Shown piece by piece: positions 9,225-19,236 of a DNA stretch of 64,000 nucleotides. Position numbers and translations under genes: made by a program. The DNA comes from Alphaproteobacteria bacterium. GTDB taxonomy: Bacteria; Pseudomonadota; Alphaproteobacteria; UBA828. Numbering within the stretch: the stretch's first letter is position 1; each line of letters opens with the position of its first letter. The notes under the pieces were generated by a model that worked only from the letters and a program-made list of their open reading frames with translations, was not told where the DNA came from and made no database searches. The stretch covers positions 576,001 through 640,000 of the forward strand of contig CBDCQT010000013.1 of NCBI GenBank assembly GCA_965220745.1, written 5' to 3'.

Positions 9225-9300
9225 TCCACCATTGATCGAAACGCCTTCTATCGCTATTGGATAGCCACCATCGGCGAAGGGACCCTGTGCGGCGCCGGGA
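9225..9300 (+). repeat. Imperfect direct repeat copy 2 (76 bp), directly upstream of the pentapeptide gene
   Basis: Matches 7835-7910. Confidence 0.85.
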
Positions 9301-9331
9301 CGCGGCTGCACGGGGCAAGGGAGTGTGCGCC

Positions 9332-10051
9332 ATGGCGAACCCCGCTGGGGGCACGGCGGCGGGCGAGAAGCCCGACCTCGACACCATCGCGCAGGCGCGC
9401 GCGGACCACGCGCGCTGGCTCGAGAGCGACGGTGCCGAGGGCGCGCGCGCCGACTTCTCCGGCATGGAACTCTCCGACGTGCGCTTCCCCGGTGCGGACC
9501 TGCGCCGGGCGCGCTTCGCGGGCGCCAACCTCTTCCGTGCCGACTTCGCGGGCGCCGACCTCTCCGAGGCCGACTTCACCGGCGCCAACCTGAACCGCGC
9601 CGACCTCGCGGGCTCCACGCTGCAGCGCGCGGTGCTGGACAAGACCGATCTCTCCGACGCCGCCCTCGGCGATGCCCGCATGGAGCACGCCTCGCTGGTG
9701 GAGGCCAGCCTGCAGCGCGCCTGGCTCGGCCGCGCGCACCTGGAGCACGCGACGCTGACCCGCGCCGACCTGCACGGCACCTGGGCGGGCCGCGCCAGTT
9801 TCGAGCAGGCGAACCTGGTAGGCGCCATGCTGGTGGGCGCCGAGTTCCCCGGCACCAGCTTTCGCAATGCGTCGTTGAGGAGCGCCTATTTTGGTGGCGT
9901 GGCTCTGGCGGACGCCGATCTCTCCGGCGCCGACCTGGGCGAGGTACGCAACCTCACGCCGGCGCAGCTCGAGGCGGCAATCCTCGACGAGCGCACCGTC
10001 TTGCCACCGGAGCTCGACCTTCGCGACAGCAAGGCGTCAGCGACGGGGTAA
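9332..10051 (+). CDS. Pentapeptide repeat protein
   Basis: Long A(D/N)LxxA(D/N)(L/F) repeats; HARWLES..G.RAD N-terminus; RBS AAGGGAG. Confidence 0.9.
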   Translation: MANPAGGTAAGEKPDLDTIAQARADHARWLESDGAEGARADFSGMELSDVRFPGADLRRARFAGANLFRADFAGADLSEADFTGANLNRADLAGSTLQRAVLDKTDLSDAALGDARMEHASLVEASLQRAWLGRAHLEHATLTRADLHGTWAGRASFEQANLVGAMLVGAEFPGTSFRNASLRSAYFGGVALADADLSGADLGEVRNLTPAQLEAAILDERTVLPPELDLRDSKASATG

Positions 10052-10132
10052 GGCCGGGCCAATGGAGACAGCAAGACCGCGGCGCCGCCGGCGCGGCGGC
10101 GACAATCGACGGAGCGCGGAAGGGAGGACTTC

Positions 10133-12169
10133 GTGACGAAGCTCAGGGTAGCGGTCGATATCGGCGGCACGTTCACCGATATCTGCATTCTCGACGAGGA
10201 CTCGGGCGCCCTCAGGGTCGCCAAGACGGCATCGACGCCCGAAGACCCCCTGATCGGCGCGATGCGGGGGCTGGACGAGGCGGAGGTCTCGCTCAAGGAC
10301 GTGACCCTCTTCTCCCACGGCACCACCGTCGCCACCAACGCGCTGATCACGCGCCGGCTGCCGCCCGCCGCGATGATCTGCACCGAGGGCTACCGCGACG
10401 TCATCGAGATCAGGCGCTCCAACAAGGAGGACCTCTGGGACACCTACAACGACGTGGCCCAGCCCTACATCCGGCGCCGCGACCGGCTCACCGTGCGCGA
10501 GCGCATTGACCACGGCGGCAAGGTCTCGACCCCGCTGGACGAGACGGACGCCCGCGAGAAGGCCCGAATCCTGCGCAAGCGCGGCGTGGAGGCCGTCGCC
10601 GTCTGCTTCATGAACTCCTTCATCAACCCGCAGCACGAGGCGCGCATGAAGGAGATCCTGCAGGAGGAGCTGCCGGGCGTGGAGATCACCACCTCGTCCG
10701 AGACCCTGCCCGAGATCTTCGAGCACGAACGCTTCTCCACCACCGTGGTGAACGCGATCCTGAGCCCGGTTGTGGGTGGCTACGTGAAGCGCATGAACGA
10801 CGCGCTGCAGCAGGGCGGCTACGCCAGCGACCTGCTCATGCTGCACTCCGGCGGCGGCGTGATGACACCCGCGACCGCCGGGCAGTTCGCGGGCCGCCTC
10901 GCCGGCTCCGGCATCGCCGCCGGTGCCATCGCGAGCCGCCACATCGCCATGCTCTGCGGCTACGAGAACTCCATCGGCCTCGACATGGGCGGCACCAGCT
11001 GCGACGTCTCGCTCGTCTTCGGCGGCGAATCCCGCGTCACCAAGGACTGGCACATCGAGTTCGGCTACCCCATCCGCTTCCCCAGCATCGAGGTGCTGAC
11101 CATCGGCGCGGGCGGCGGCTCGCTCGCCTGGATCGACGACGCGGGCTCGCTGCACAACGGGCCGCAGTCGGCGGGCGCCGATCCCGGCCCGGCCTGCTAC
11201 GGGCGCGGCAACACCACGCCCACCAACACCGATGCGAACCTGGCGCTCGGCCGGCTCGGCACCTCGCTCGCCGGCGGGCAGATCGAGCTGGACAAGGCGG
11301 CCTCGGAAGAAGCCGTGCGCACCGCCGTCGCCGAGCCCCTCGGCATGGACCCCGTCACCGCCGCCAAGGCCATCGTCAGCGTCGCCAACGCCAACATGGC
11401 GGATGCGGTCAGGCTGATTTCCATCAGCCGGGGCTATGATCCGCGCGACTTCGCGCTCGTCGCCTTCGGCGGCGCGGGCGCGCTGCACGGCGTGGCGCTG
11501 GCCAAGGAGCTCTCGATCCCGACCGTGATCGTGCCGCCCAATCCGGGCGTCACCTCGGCGCTCGGCTGCCTGCTGGTGGACGTGCGCCACGACCTCTCGC
11601 AGACCTACCTTGCGCTCGCGGCCGAGGCCGACCCGGCCGACATCGAGGCCCGCTTCGGCGAGATGGAGGCGGAGGCACACCGCCGCTTGGTGAAGGAAGG
11701 CGTGGCCGAGGCCGACATGGTCCTGCAGCGCAGCATCGACATGATGTACCAGGGCCAGTGGCGCTCGCTCCAGGTGCCGGTGGCCTCGCCCTTCACGTCG
11801 GTTCCGGAGGCGGTCGCCGCCTTCCACGCCGACCACGACCGCGAATACGCCTTCCGCCGGGACGACACGCCGGTCGAGCTTTTCCGCCTCAGCGTCACGG
11901 CCATCGGCACGGTGCCCAAGGCCGAGCTGATGAGTCATACGGCGAACGGCGCGAAGGCCGTGGCGGAATCCTCGCGCATGGTCGATTTCGACGAGGTTGA
12001 GGGCGCCCTCGAGACCCCGATATACTCCCACGAAGGGCTTCCGGCGGGTGTGACCATCGAGGGGCCGGCCATCGTCGAGCAGCTCGATTCGACGACCGTC
12101 ATCCCGCCCGGCGTACGCGCAGAGGTGGACGAGTGGCTCAACATTCGAATCCACGTAGCGGAGGCATGA
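10133..12169 (+). CDS. Hydantoinase/oxoprolinase family, A subunit
   Basis: DIGGTFTD, HGTTVATNAL, DMGGTS.D, IGAGGGS, GPQSAGADPGPACYG motifs. Confidence 0.93.
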   Translation: MTKLRVAVDIGGTFTDICILDEDSGALRVAKTASTPEDPLIGAMRGLDEAEVSLKDVTLFSHGTTVATNALITRRLPPAAMICTEGYRDVIEIRRSNKEDLWDTYNDVAQPYIRRRDRLTVRERIDHGGKVSTPLDETDAREKARILRKRGVEAVAVCFMNSFINPQHEARMKEILQEELPGVEITTSSETLPEIFEHERFSTTVVNAILSPVVGGYVKRMNDALQQGGYASDLLMLHSGGGVMTPATAGQFAGRLAGSGIAAGAIASRHIAMLCGYENSIGLDMGGTSCDVSLVFGGESRVTKDWHIEFGYPIRFPSIEVLTIGAGGGSLAWIDDAGSLHNGPQSAGADPGPACYGRGNTTPTNTDANLALGRLGTSLAGGQIELDKAASEEAVRTAVAEPLGMDPVTAAKAIVSVANANMADAVRLISISRGYDPRDFALVAFGGAGALHGVALAKELSIPTVIVPPNPGVTSALGCLLVDVRHDLSQTYLALAAEADPADIEARFGEMEAEAHRRLVKEGVAEADMVLQRSIDMMYQGQWRSLQVPVASPFTSVPEAVAAFHADHDREYAFRRDDTPVELFRLSVTAIGTVPKAELMSHTANGAKAVAESSRMVDFDEVEGALETPIYSHEGLPAGVTIEGPAIVEQLDSTTVIPPGVRAEVDEWLNIRIHVAEA

Positions 12170-14169
12170 AGATGAGCAAGAACGGCAGCGGCATTACGCT
12201 CGATCCCGTCACCTTCGAGGTCCTGAAGAACTCCTTCATCACGACCGTCGACCAGATGGCGGAGCAGATCCTCCGGACCTGCTACTCCTTCGTCATCTAC
12301 AACCGCGACTTCTCCTCCGCGCTGAACGACGCCAACGGCGATTCCATCGCCCAGGGCAACATGGACATCGCGGTCCACGTCGGCACGCTGCACTACACCT
12401 GCAAGGCGGTCATTGACACCTTCAAGGACGATATGCGGCCGGGCGACGTGTTCATGACCAACGACCCGTATGCCGGCGGCACCCACTTCAACGACGTGCG
12501 CATCATCCGCCCGGTGTTCGTGGGCGACGAGATCATCGCCTTCGCCCAGTCCAACGGCCACTGGTCCGATGTTGGCGGCTCCACGCCCGGCTCCTTCGAC
12601 GTGCTCGCCAAGGAGATGTTCCGCGAGGGCATCCGCATCACGCCGACCCGGCTGATCGACGCGGGCAAGTGGCGCCACGACTTCGCCGAGATGATCGCCG
12701 CCAACACCCGCGATCCCGAATCGATCATTGGCGACATGAACGCGCAGGCCGAGGCCACCCGCGTCGCCGAGCGCGAGATCCTCCGGCTGGTCGAGAAGTA
12801 CGGCAAGGACACCGTCGTCACCGGCTGCAAGGAGGTGCAGGACTACGTCGAGCTCGCCACCCGCCAACGCATCTCCGAGCTTCCCGACGGCACCTGGGAG
12901 AACGTCGATTACATCGACCGCGACCCGGCGCTCGGCGAGGGCATGATCCCGATCAAGGTGAAGCTCACCATCAAGGGCGACGAGGTCACCTACGACTTCA
13001 CCGGCAGCCACGACACCATCAGCACGCTCTACAACTCCGCCTTCGGCGGCACCTTCTCCGCCGTGGTCGCCGGCATGAAGACCTACTTCCCCGATCTCCC
13101 GCTCAACTCCGGCTTCTACCGGCCGATCAACGTGATCGCGCCCGAGAACTCCATCGTCGACGCCAAGTGGCCGGTGGCGGTGACGGGCTTTCTGATGCCG
13201 TTCGAGAAGATCATGAACTCGATCTACGAGATCTGGTCCGACATCATGCCCGAGCGCGCCATCGCCTGCGCCTTCAACCTGGAGTACCTGCTCACCGGCG
13301 GCCGCGACCTGCGCACCAAGGACCGCAACATCTTCATGTTCTACGACTGGCTGCCCGGCGGCTGGGGCGGGCGCAACGGCAAAGACGGCTGCAACGTCAC
13401 TACCGCCTGCTTCGGCACCGGCCTGATGACCCAGCCGGTGGAGGGCCAGGAGCGACTCTGCCCGATCATCGCCAACGAGTACCAGATCAACACCGATTCC
13501 CCCGGCCCCGGCAAGTGGCGGGGCGGCGCCGGCGTGGTCAAGACCAGCACGCTGCAGGACGCCGAGAGCACCGTCATCTCCTACATCTGCGACCGCGAGC
13601 GCGCGATCGTCTGGGGCATCAAGGGCGGCCTGCCCTCCATGCCCCACGGGCTCTACATCCAGCGCAAGGGCAAGAACGAGCGCGAGTGGCTCGGCTCGAT
13701 CTTCTCCGACGTGCCCATCGCGTCCGGCGACATCTTCTCGCGGCCGACCGCCGGCGGCGGCGGCCTGGGCGACCCGCTCGAGCGCGACCCCGCCCTGGTG
13801 ATGCGCGACGTGGAGGACGACTACGTCTCCATAGAGCGCGCCCGCAAGGACTACGGCGTCGTGCTCAAGGTCATCGATCTGGACCTCGCGAGCTACGAGG
13901 TGGATGTCGAGGCGACGCGCACCGAGCGCGCGGCCATCGCCAAGGCGCGGCGCAGCTGGCTCGAGGAGGACGGCGCCGCCGTCGCCGAGCGCTACCGCAA
14001 CGGCGAGATTAACGAGTTCGACATGGTGCGCCGCTACGGCGTCATTGTGGACTGGGGCACGGGCGAGTACTTCCCCAAGACCACCGCCGAGTTCCGCACG
14101 ATGATGAAGAAGCGCTCGGCCGCCCACTGGAACGACGCCATCGCCGAGCTCGACCAGGCCGCCGAATAG
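12166..14169 (+). CDS. Hydantoinase B/oxoprolinase family subunit
   Basis: LDPVTFEV, NDPYAGGTH.ND, GHWSDVGG, GGGGLGDPLERDP motifs; ATGA overlap with the A subunit. Confidence 0.93.
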   Translation: MKMSKNGSGITLDPVTFEVLKNSFITTVDQMAEQILRTCYSFVIYNRDFSSALNDANGDSIAQGNMDIAVHVGTLHYTCKAVIDTFKDDMRPGDVFMTNDPYAGGTHFNDVRIIRPVFVGDEIIAFAQSNGHWSDVGGSTPGSFDVLAKEMFREGIRITPTRLIDAGKWRHDFAEMIAANTRDPESIIGDMNAQAEATRVAEREILRLVEKYGKDTVVTGCKEVQDYVELATRQRISELPDGTWENVDYIDRDPALGEGMIPIKVKLTIKGDEVTYDFTGSHDTISTLYNSAFGGTFSAVVAGMKTYFPDLPLNSGFYRPINVIAPENSIVDAKWPVAVTGFLMPFEKIMNSIYEIWSDIMPERAIACAFNLEYLLTGGRDLRTKDRNIFMFYDWLPGGWGGRNGKDGCNVTTACFGTGLMTQPVEGQERLCPIIANEYQINTDSPGPGKWRGGAGVVKTSTLQDAESTVISYICDRERAIVWGIKGGLPSMPHGLYIQRKGKNEREWLGSIFSDVPIASGDIFSRPTAGGGGLGDPLERDPALVMRDVEDDYVSIERARKDYGVVLKVIDLDLASYEVDVEATRTERAAIAKARRSWLEEDGAAVAERYRNGEINEFDMVRRYGVIVDWGTGEYFPKTTAEFRTMMKKRSAAHWNDAIAELDQAAE

Positions 14170-14211
14170 GCAGCAATCTCGGTTAAGTTTCCGGAATAGA
14201 AATCCCCGCCA

Positions 14212-15252
14212 TCACGCTGAGATGGCGGGGATTTCTTTCTCGTCGAGACGGCGCAGCAGGGTTTCCGCGCGCTGCCGCTTCTCCTCGTTCGGATCGCGCT
14301 GGACGATGCGCAGCAGCGTATCGCGCGCCGTGATGTCGCCGCTCTCCGCCATCTCGAACGCCATCCGATCGCGACGCTCGTAATAGCTGCGGTCGAGCGG
14401 TACGACATGGGGGGAGAGCGCCGACCAGTAATACTTCTCGTCGTCGGAGGACCAGCCCGCATAGACCTCTTCCCAGGTCCCGCAACCGGAATACGGGACC
14501 ATGTTGGTCTCGGCTATGGGCTGGCTTGCGGGCTGATAACGGGCGTCGAAGGACTGCCGTAACTCGGCCGAGCGATTGGGCAGCGCGCGATGCACGGTGG
14601 TATCCGAGAAAATCAGCACATCCCCTGCCTCGAAGGAGCCGCTCACCCATTGACCAGGGATCGGCACACAGATGTCCATGCCACCGGCACCGCTGCCGAC
14701 CTTCGTGTCCAGCACGCCCGCCAGGTGCGAACCGGCCGCGACCGCCAGCGACCCCTTCTCTCTCGGGCAATCGCCCAGCGGGACCCACATCGCGTGATTG
14801 GTTGCGCCGCCGATATGGACCTTGTCCTGATGCTCGCCCGTGGTGAAGTCGAAGCTCTCGCTTTGCGGGAAGATGTTGCGCTGGACGAACATGGGATGCG
14901 CGAGCGCGGGCTCGCCGAAGATGCCTTCGAAGAGCGCCAGCACCGCCGGATGGGTCCTGAGCCGGTGCAGCGCCTCGTCGGCCCAGATGCCGCGGAACAC
15001 GGCCATGTAACGTTCCTCGGGGTCCTTGCAGGCCGCATCCGGGTTGGCGATGCCCTCCTCGATCGAGTGCACCGGGTCGAGCCAGCCCCCGGCCGCCGCC
15101 TTCTCCAGCAGGCGCCGGCGAACCTCCAGCACGGCCTTGCGCGGCAACAGTCCGCGCAGGAACAGATAGCCGTCGCGCCGGAGCCGTTCGGCCAGCGCCG
15201 GCCCGTTGCCCATCAGCTCGGTCGAATCGAGAAAGCTGTGCGCTGCGTCCAT
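14212..15252 (-). CDS. Phytanoyl-CoA dioxygenase (PhyH) family Fe(II)/2OG oxygenase
   Basis: RDGYL, HQD, WVPLGD, GSH, AGDVLIF..TVHRA.PN..R motifs. Confidence 0.85.
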   Translation of the reverse strand: MDAAHSFLDSTELMGNGPALAERLRRDGYLFLRGLLPRKAVLEVRRRLLEKAAAGGWLDPVHSIEEGIANPDAACKDPEERYMAVFRGIWADEALHRLRTHPAVLALFEGIFGEPALAHPMFVQRNIFPQSESFDFTTGEHQDKVHIGGATNHAMWVPLGDCPREKGSLAVAAGSHLAGVLDTKVGSGAGGMDICVPIPGQWVSGSFEAGDVLIFSDTTVHRALPNRSAELRQSFDARYQPASQPIAETNMVPYSGCGTWEEVYAGWSSDDEKYYWSALSPHVVPLDRSYYERRDRMAFEMAESGDITARDTLLRIVQRDPNEEKRQRAETLLRRLDEKEIPAISA

Positions 15253-15302
15253 CGCCGCCGCTTTCGTCCGTACCGCCCGCGAGAGTGCGAGAGACCGGCG
15301 GG

Positions 15303-15710
15303 CTAGAGTTCCGGGTCCCCTTCGGTCCGTGGCAGCCCGTCTTCCATATGCACCCACGGGACGCGGTCCCCCTCAAATACGTGGCGTTGGGGCGTCATCG
15401 ACTCCGGGTGGTCGAGCGTTCCCACCGTGACCCACACCGACGGGCTCTGCCCCGAGGTGTAATTGTAGAATAACTGTCCCCCACAGCGTCCGCAGAAACT
15501 CCGGGTCGCAAACGACGAGGATTTGTAGCGTTCCGTCGTTCCCTGCGTAACCGTGAGGGCATCGTCTCCGAAGCCCGCCCATGTCTGGAACGCAGTGCCG
15601 CCCGCCCGGCGGCACATCGAGCAATGGCAATGGAAAACGTACACCGGTTCGCCTTGGACCTCGTAGCGCACGTCGCCGCAGAGGCAGCCACCGGAGAGCG
15701 TCTCGGACAT
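15303..15710 (-). CDS. GFA (glutathione-dependent formaldehyde-activating) family protein
   Basis: GGCLCG.VRY, CHCSMCRR, R.FCGRCG Zn motifs. Confidence 0.9.
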   Translation of the reverse strand: MSETLSGGCLCGDVRYEVQGEPVYVFHCHCSMCRRAGGTAFQTWAGFGDDALTVTQGTTERYKSSSFATRSFCGRCGGQLFYNYTSGQSPSVWVTVGTLDHPESMTPQRHVFEGDRVPWVHMEDGLPRTEGDPEL

Positions 15711-15818
15711 GGATACCTCCCTCGAGAAGCAAGTCCCTTCGTTGTCTAGTAGGGGACGGCGGAAGAGTGCGCAAGGGAACCTGTTTGTGCAGTGAAGGAA
15801 AGGGCGGCCAGGGGGCGC

Positions 15819-16610
15819 CTATTCGAGGATCAGCTCCTCGATCATCACCGGGAGTCCGGCGGTCAGCCCACCGTCGACCACCAGGTTGGCGCCATTGACG
15901 AAGCCCGCCTCGTCGGCCGCGACGAAGGCGACGGCAGCGGCGATGTCCTCCGGTTGACCGACGCGCCCGACGGGATACCAGCGGGCGAGCTGATCGAAGA
16001 TCTTCGGGTTCTTCTCGCGCCGGATGCGCCAGGTCTCGATATCCGTCTCCACCGTGCCGGGCGAGACCATGTTGGCCCGGATGCCTTTGGGTCCGTACTC
16101 CACGGCGAGCGAGCGGGTGAAGCTGAGCAGCCCGGCCTTGGCGGCGCTGTAGGCGGGGTTGCCGAGCGCCACCAGGCCGTTGACCGAGCCGATGTTGACG
16201 ATGGCGCCCGCTTCGCGCGCGACCATCCCCGGCAGCACCGTCTTGGCGCAGACGAACTGGCCGTCGAGGTCGATCTCCACTTCCGCCCGCCAGTCGGCAA
16301 GGTCGGTGCTCTCCAGATCGCCCTTGAGAGCCCAGGCCGCGTTGTTGACCAGCACGTCCGGCGCGCCGATTGCGTCACTCATCTGCGCCAATGCGGCGGC
16401 GACCGAATCGGGGTCCGTTATCTCGGCCGCGAGCGCCAGCGCACGCCCTCCCGCCGCCTCCACCTGCGCAGCTACGGTCTCCGCCGCGTCGCCCCGCCTA
16501 TCCAGAACGCCGACCGCGGCGCCCTCCTCCGCGAGCCGCATCGCAATGGCACTGCCGATGCCGCCGCCCCCGCCGGTAACCAGGGCCGCCTTCCCCTCGA
16601 AGCGCATCAT
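15819..16610 (-). CDS. SDR family oxidoreductase
   Basis: TGGGGGIG, NNA, YSAAK motifs. Confidence 0.92.
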   Translation of the reverse strand: MMRFEGKAALVTGGGGGIGSAIAMRLAEEGAAVGVLDRRGDAAETVAAQVEAAGGRALALAAEITDPDSVAAALAQMSDAIGAPDVLVNNAAWALKGDLESTDLADWRAEVEIDLDGQFVCAKTVLPGMVAREAGAIVNIGSVNGLVALGNPAYSAAKAGLLSFTRSLAVEYGPKGIRANMVSPGTVETDIETWRIRREKNPKIFDQLARWYPVGRVGQPEDIAAAVAFVAADEAGFVNGANLVVDGGLTAGLPVMIEELILE

Positions 16611-17794
16611 GACGCCTCCTCCAGCACGGCGAGCGCCTCGCGCACCCGCTCAAGCCCGCTGAGCGCGACGTGGCCATAGTTGTAGAACGCGATGCCCTGC
16701 AGCCCGCCCGCCTTCAGCGCGCGCACGGCGGCGGCGGTCTCTGCCCCGTTCGCGAGGTCGGGATGGGCCGGGCGCAGGATGTAGCTGATCCGCGCGTCCG
16801 CGCCTGCCCGGCGGCGCACGTCGCCGGCGTCCAATGCGACGGCCGCCGCACTCGCCTCATAGGCCGGGACCTCCAGCGTATCCGCTGCTTCTGCGAGCAG
16901 GCGCAGATCGGTCCCTTCCGACCAGGCCGCCGCCGTCGGCCGCTGCACGGTCGGGATCACCGCGAGCGAGGTTTCCTTCGGCAGCGCCGCGCGGACCTCA
17001 GCCACCAGGTCGGCCACGAGCTGGCAGCGCCAGCTCAGGAACACCGCCCATTCCGGGTCCGCGATAAGGTCCGCGATCCACCACTCGGCGGCGAGGTGGT
17101 CGGGCACCGGCTCGGGCCGAGCAAAGAACCCGTCGAGCGCCGCGCACGCCTGCCAGCGCAGCCGCTCGGCATCGATCCCGCGCGCTTCGGCCGCGGCGAT
17201 GGTGCCCTCGGAGAAGCAGAGCCCGAGCAGCCAGCCGGCCCAGCGGTTCATCGGCAGCAGGAAGAACTCGTGGTGGAAGCCATGATCGAAGGGCAGAAAT
17301 CCGGGGGTCTCCAGCGCCAGCCCGTCGAGCTCGTAACGCTCGGCCATGTCGACGCAGAGCGTCACGACGTAGCGGCGCACCTCCTCGTAGGCCGGGCACA
17401 GGCTGTAGACGTAGGAATCGCCATAGCAGTTGCGCACCGTGAACTCAGGATGGCGCATGCCGAGCGGCGTGTTGTGCAGACACACCGTCCAGGCGACGCG
17501 TCCCATGTCCGGCGCGTCTGCTGCAAGCTCGGCAAAGACGTCGCGCTCACCCGCCAGCTTGCTCTGGATCGGCTCGATGGCGCCGTAGCGGTCCAAGCGC
17601 GGTCGCACGTAGACGGTGCCGTCTTCGGGAAAGTAGACCTTCCCCGCCGGTGAGTGGGGCCGTAGGAACTTGCCGGCATGGTAGCTCGCGGCGAGGGTGA
17701 CCGTGTTGATGCCGCAGTCGCGCATTCGGCCCGTTGCGGTGCCGATCCCCTCGTCCACCAGGTCCCAGGGGTACGTGTACATGCCCTTGTACAC
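16607..17794 (-). CDS. Conserved hypothetical protein, probable TIM-barrel (glycoside hydrolase-like) fold
   Basis: YTYPWDL, TLAASYH, WTVCLHN, LCP, LE..F pattern; overlaps the SDR start; host-like codon usage. The start may be at 17782. Confidence 0.65.
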   Translation of the reverse strand: MYKGMYTYPWDLVDEGIGTATGRMRDCGINTVTLAASYHAGKFLRPHSPAGKVYFPEDGTVYVRPRLDRYGAIEPIQSKLAGERDVFAELAADAPDMGRVAWTVCLHNTPLGMRHPEFTVRNCYGDSYVYSLCPAYEEVRRYVVTLCVDMAERYELDGLALETPGFLPFDHGFHHEFFLLPMNRWAGWLLGLCFSEGTIAAAEARGIDAERLRWQACAALDGFFARPEPVPDHLAAEWWIADLIADPEWAVFLSWRCQLVADLVAEVRAALPKETSLAVIPTVQRPTAAAWSEGTDLRLLAEAADTLEVPAYEASAAAVALDAGDVRRRAGADARISYILRPAHPDLANGAETAAAVRALKAGGLQGIAFYNYGHVALSGLERVREALAVLEEAS

Positions 17795-17842
17795 GGACGC
17801 GCCTCCCGTACCGCGCCGGCAGTGCGACGCCCGGCGCGTGGG

Positions 17843-18400
17843 TCAGTTGAGCCGGTCGCGAACCTCCTGGATCGATTCCTCGATCATGCGGTTGGCGCGG
17901 TCTTCGTCGATCGTCTCGCTCATGAGACGGCGCGCGGCCTCGATGGCCAGCACCGCGGCGGTCTGGCGCACCTCCCGCATCGCCTCCTCCTCGGCGCGGG
18001 CGATGCGCTGCTCGGCAAGCGCGGCGCGGCGCTTCATGGTCTCCTCGAGCGCGACGCGCGCCTCGGCCGCGTGGCGCTCGGCCTCCGCCTTGGCGTGCTC
18101 GACCATCTGGCGCGCCTCTTCCTCGGCCTCCTGGCGCTTGCGCTCGTGCTCCGCCAGCAGCGCCTGGGCCTCGGCACGGAGCGCCGCCGCCTCGTCGAGC
18201 TCGTTCTTGATCCGCTCCGCCCGCTTGTCGAGGATCTCGGTCACCTTCTTGTAGGCCGCACGGCCGAAGGCGCCGAAAAAGGTGATGAAGGCGATCAGGA
18301 TCCAGAAGTTTGCCGACTCGGTGATCTGGCTGCCGACGACGACGAAGACGCAGGCGGCGACGATCACCCAGAACTCCGGCTTGCGCACCATCTTCTTCAT
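17843..18400 (-). CDS. atpF: F0F1 ATP synthase subunit b
   Basis: N-terminal TM, LDKRAERI..EL.EA coiled coil; position in the atp operon. Confidence 0.9.
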   Translation of the reverse strand: MKKMVRKPEFWVIVAACVFVVVGSQITESANFWILIAFITFFGAFGRAAYKKVTEILDKRAERIKNELDEAAALRAEAQALLAEHERKRQEAEEEARQMVEHAKAEAERHAAEARVALEETMKRRAALAEQRIARAEEEAMREVRQTAAVLAIEAARRLMSETIDEDRANRMIEESIQEVRDRLN

Positions 18401-18403
18401 GGC

Positions 18404-18895
18404 TCAGCGCCCCTCGCCCATGCTGGCCTCAACCGCCGCACGAGCCGCCGCCTCGGAAGGCGCGGTGCCGACCAGCCGCTCGGTCGCGGCGCGGGCCACG
18501 TCGCCCGCCACGTCGCGCAGGCTGGCGAGCGCTTGGGCGCGCGTCTCCTGGATGCGCGCCTCGGCCTCCGCCGCCCTGGCCGCGAGGTCGGCGTCGAGCT
18601 CCGTGCGCAGCGCGTCCGCCTCCGCCGAGAGCTTCGCCTGAGTCTCGGCGAGCACGCCGTGAGCCTTGGAGCGCGCCTCTGCCAGCGCCTCCTCATAGGC
18701 CTTGAGCGCGGCTTCCGCCCTACCCTTCGCGCTCTCCGCCTCGGCCAGGTCGTCGCTGATCTTCGATTCGCGCGCCTCGATGACGCGGCGGATCCGCGGC
18801 AGGCCCACGGACCACATGATCACCATGAGCGCGACGAAGGTGACGACCAGCCAGAAGATCTGGGGCGCGTAGTCCCCCATCTCGAGTTGTGGCAT
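18404..18895 (-). CDS. atpF2: F0F1 ATP synthase subunit b'
   Basis: MPQL...Y.PQIFWL, LPRI..VIE.R..KI..DL. Confidence 0.9.
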   Translation of the reverse strand: MPQLEMGDYAPQIFWLVVTFVALMVIMWSVGLPRIRRVIEARESKISDDLAEAESAKGRAEAALKAYEEALAEARSKAHGVLAETQAKLSAEADALRTELDADLAARAAEAEARIQETRAQALASLRDVAGDVARAATERLVGTAPSEAAARAAVEASMGEGR

Positions 18896-18939
18896 CGGGC
18901 GCCTCCTGCCTCCGTCTCAGGCAGCCGGACTGCCGTCGA

Positions 18940-19179
18940 TCAGGAGCCGAACAGGATGATGAAGGCCATGACCAGCGCGAACAGCGCGATCGCTTCGGTC
19001 AGCGCGAAGCCCAGCAGCACGTTACCGAACAGCTTCGGCGCCGCCGCCGGGTTGCGTCCCGCTGCGGAGACATAGTTGCCGAAGATGATGCCGATACCGA
19101 CACCGGAGCCCGCCACACCGATCGTGGCGAGACCGCCGCCGATGAGCTGACCGAGCAGTTTCGCTGCATCTGCTTCCAT
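18940..19179 (-). CDS. atpE: F0F1 ATP synthase subunit c
   Basis: GxGxGxG, RNP, GFALTEA motifs. Confidence 0.97.
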   Translation of the reverse strand: MEADAAKLLGQLIGGGLATIGVAGSGVGIGIIFGNYVSAAGRNPAAAPKLFGNVLLGFALTEAIALFALVMAFIILFGS

Positions 19180-19236
19180 GATCCTGGTTCCCTCGGTTTG
19201 TTCGGAGTTTGTGGCTTGCGACCCGCGTCTCGCCGC

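Noticed and set aside
9450-9950. Repetitive DNA resembling an array
   Set aside because: Explained by pentapeptide-repeat coding; no repeat-spacer structure, so not CRISPR
10037-14127. Long antisense ORFs (705 and 730 aa) opposite the hydantoinase genes, and similar ones such as 58936-61893
   Set aside because: Typical stop-poor antisense frames of high-GC genes; no recognisable motifs
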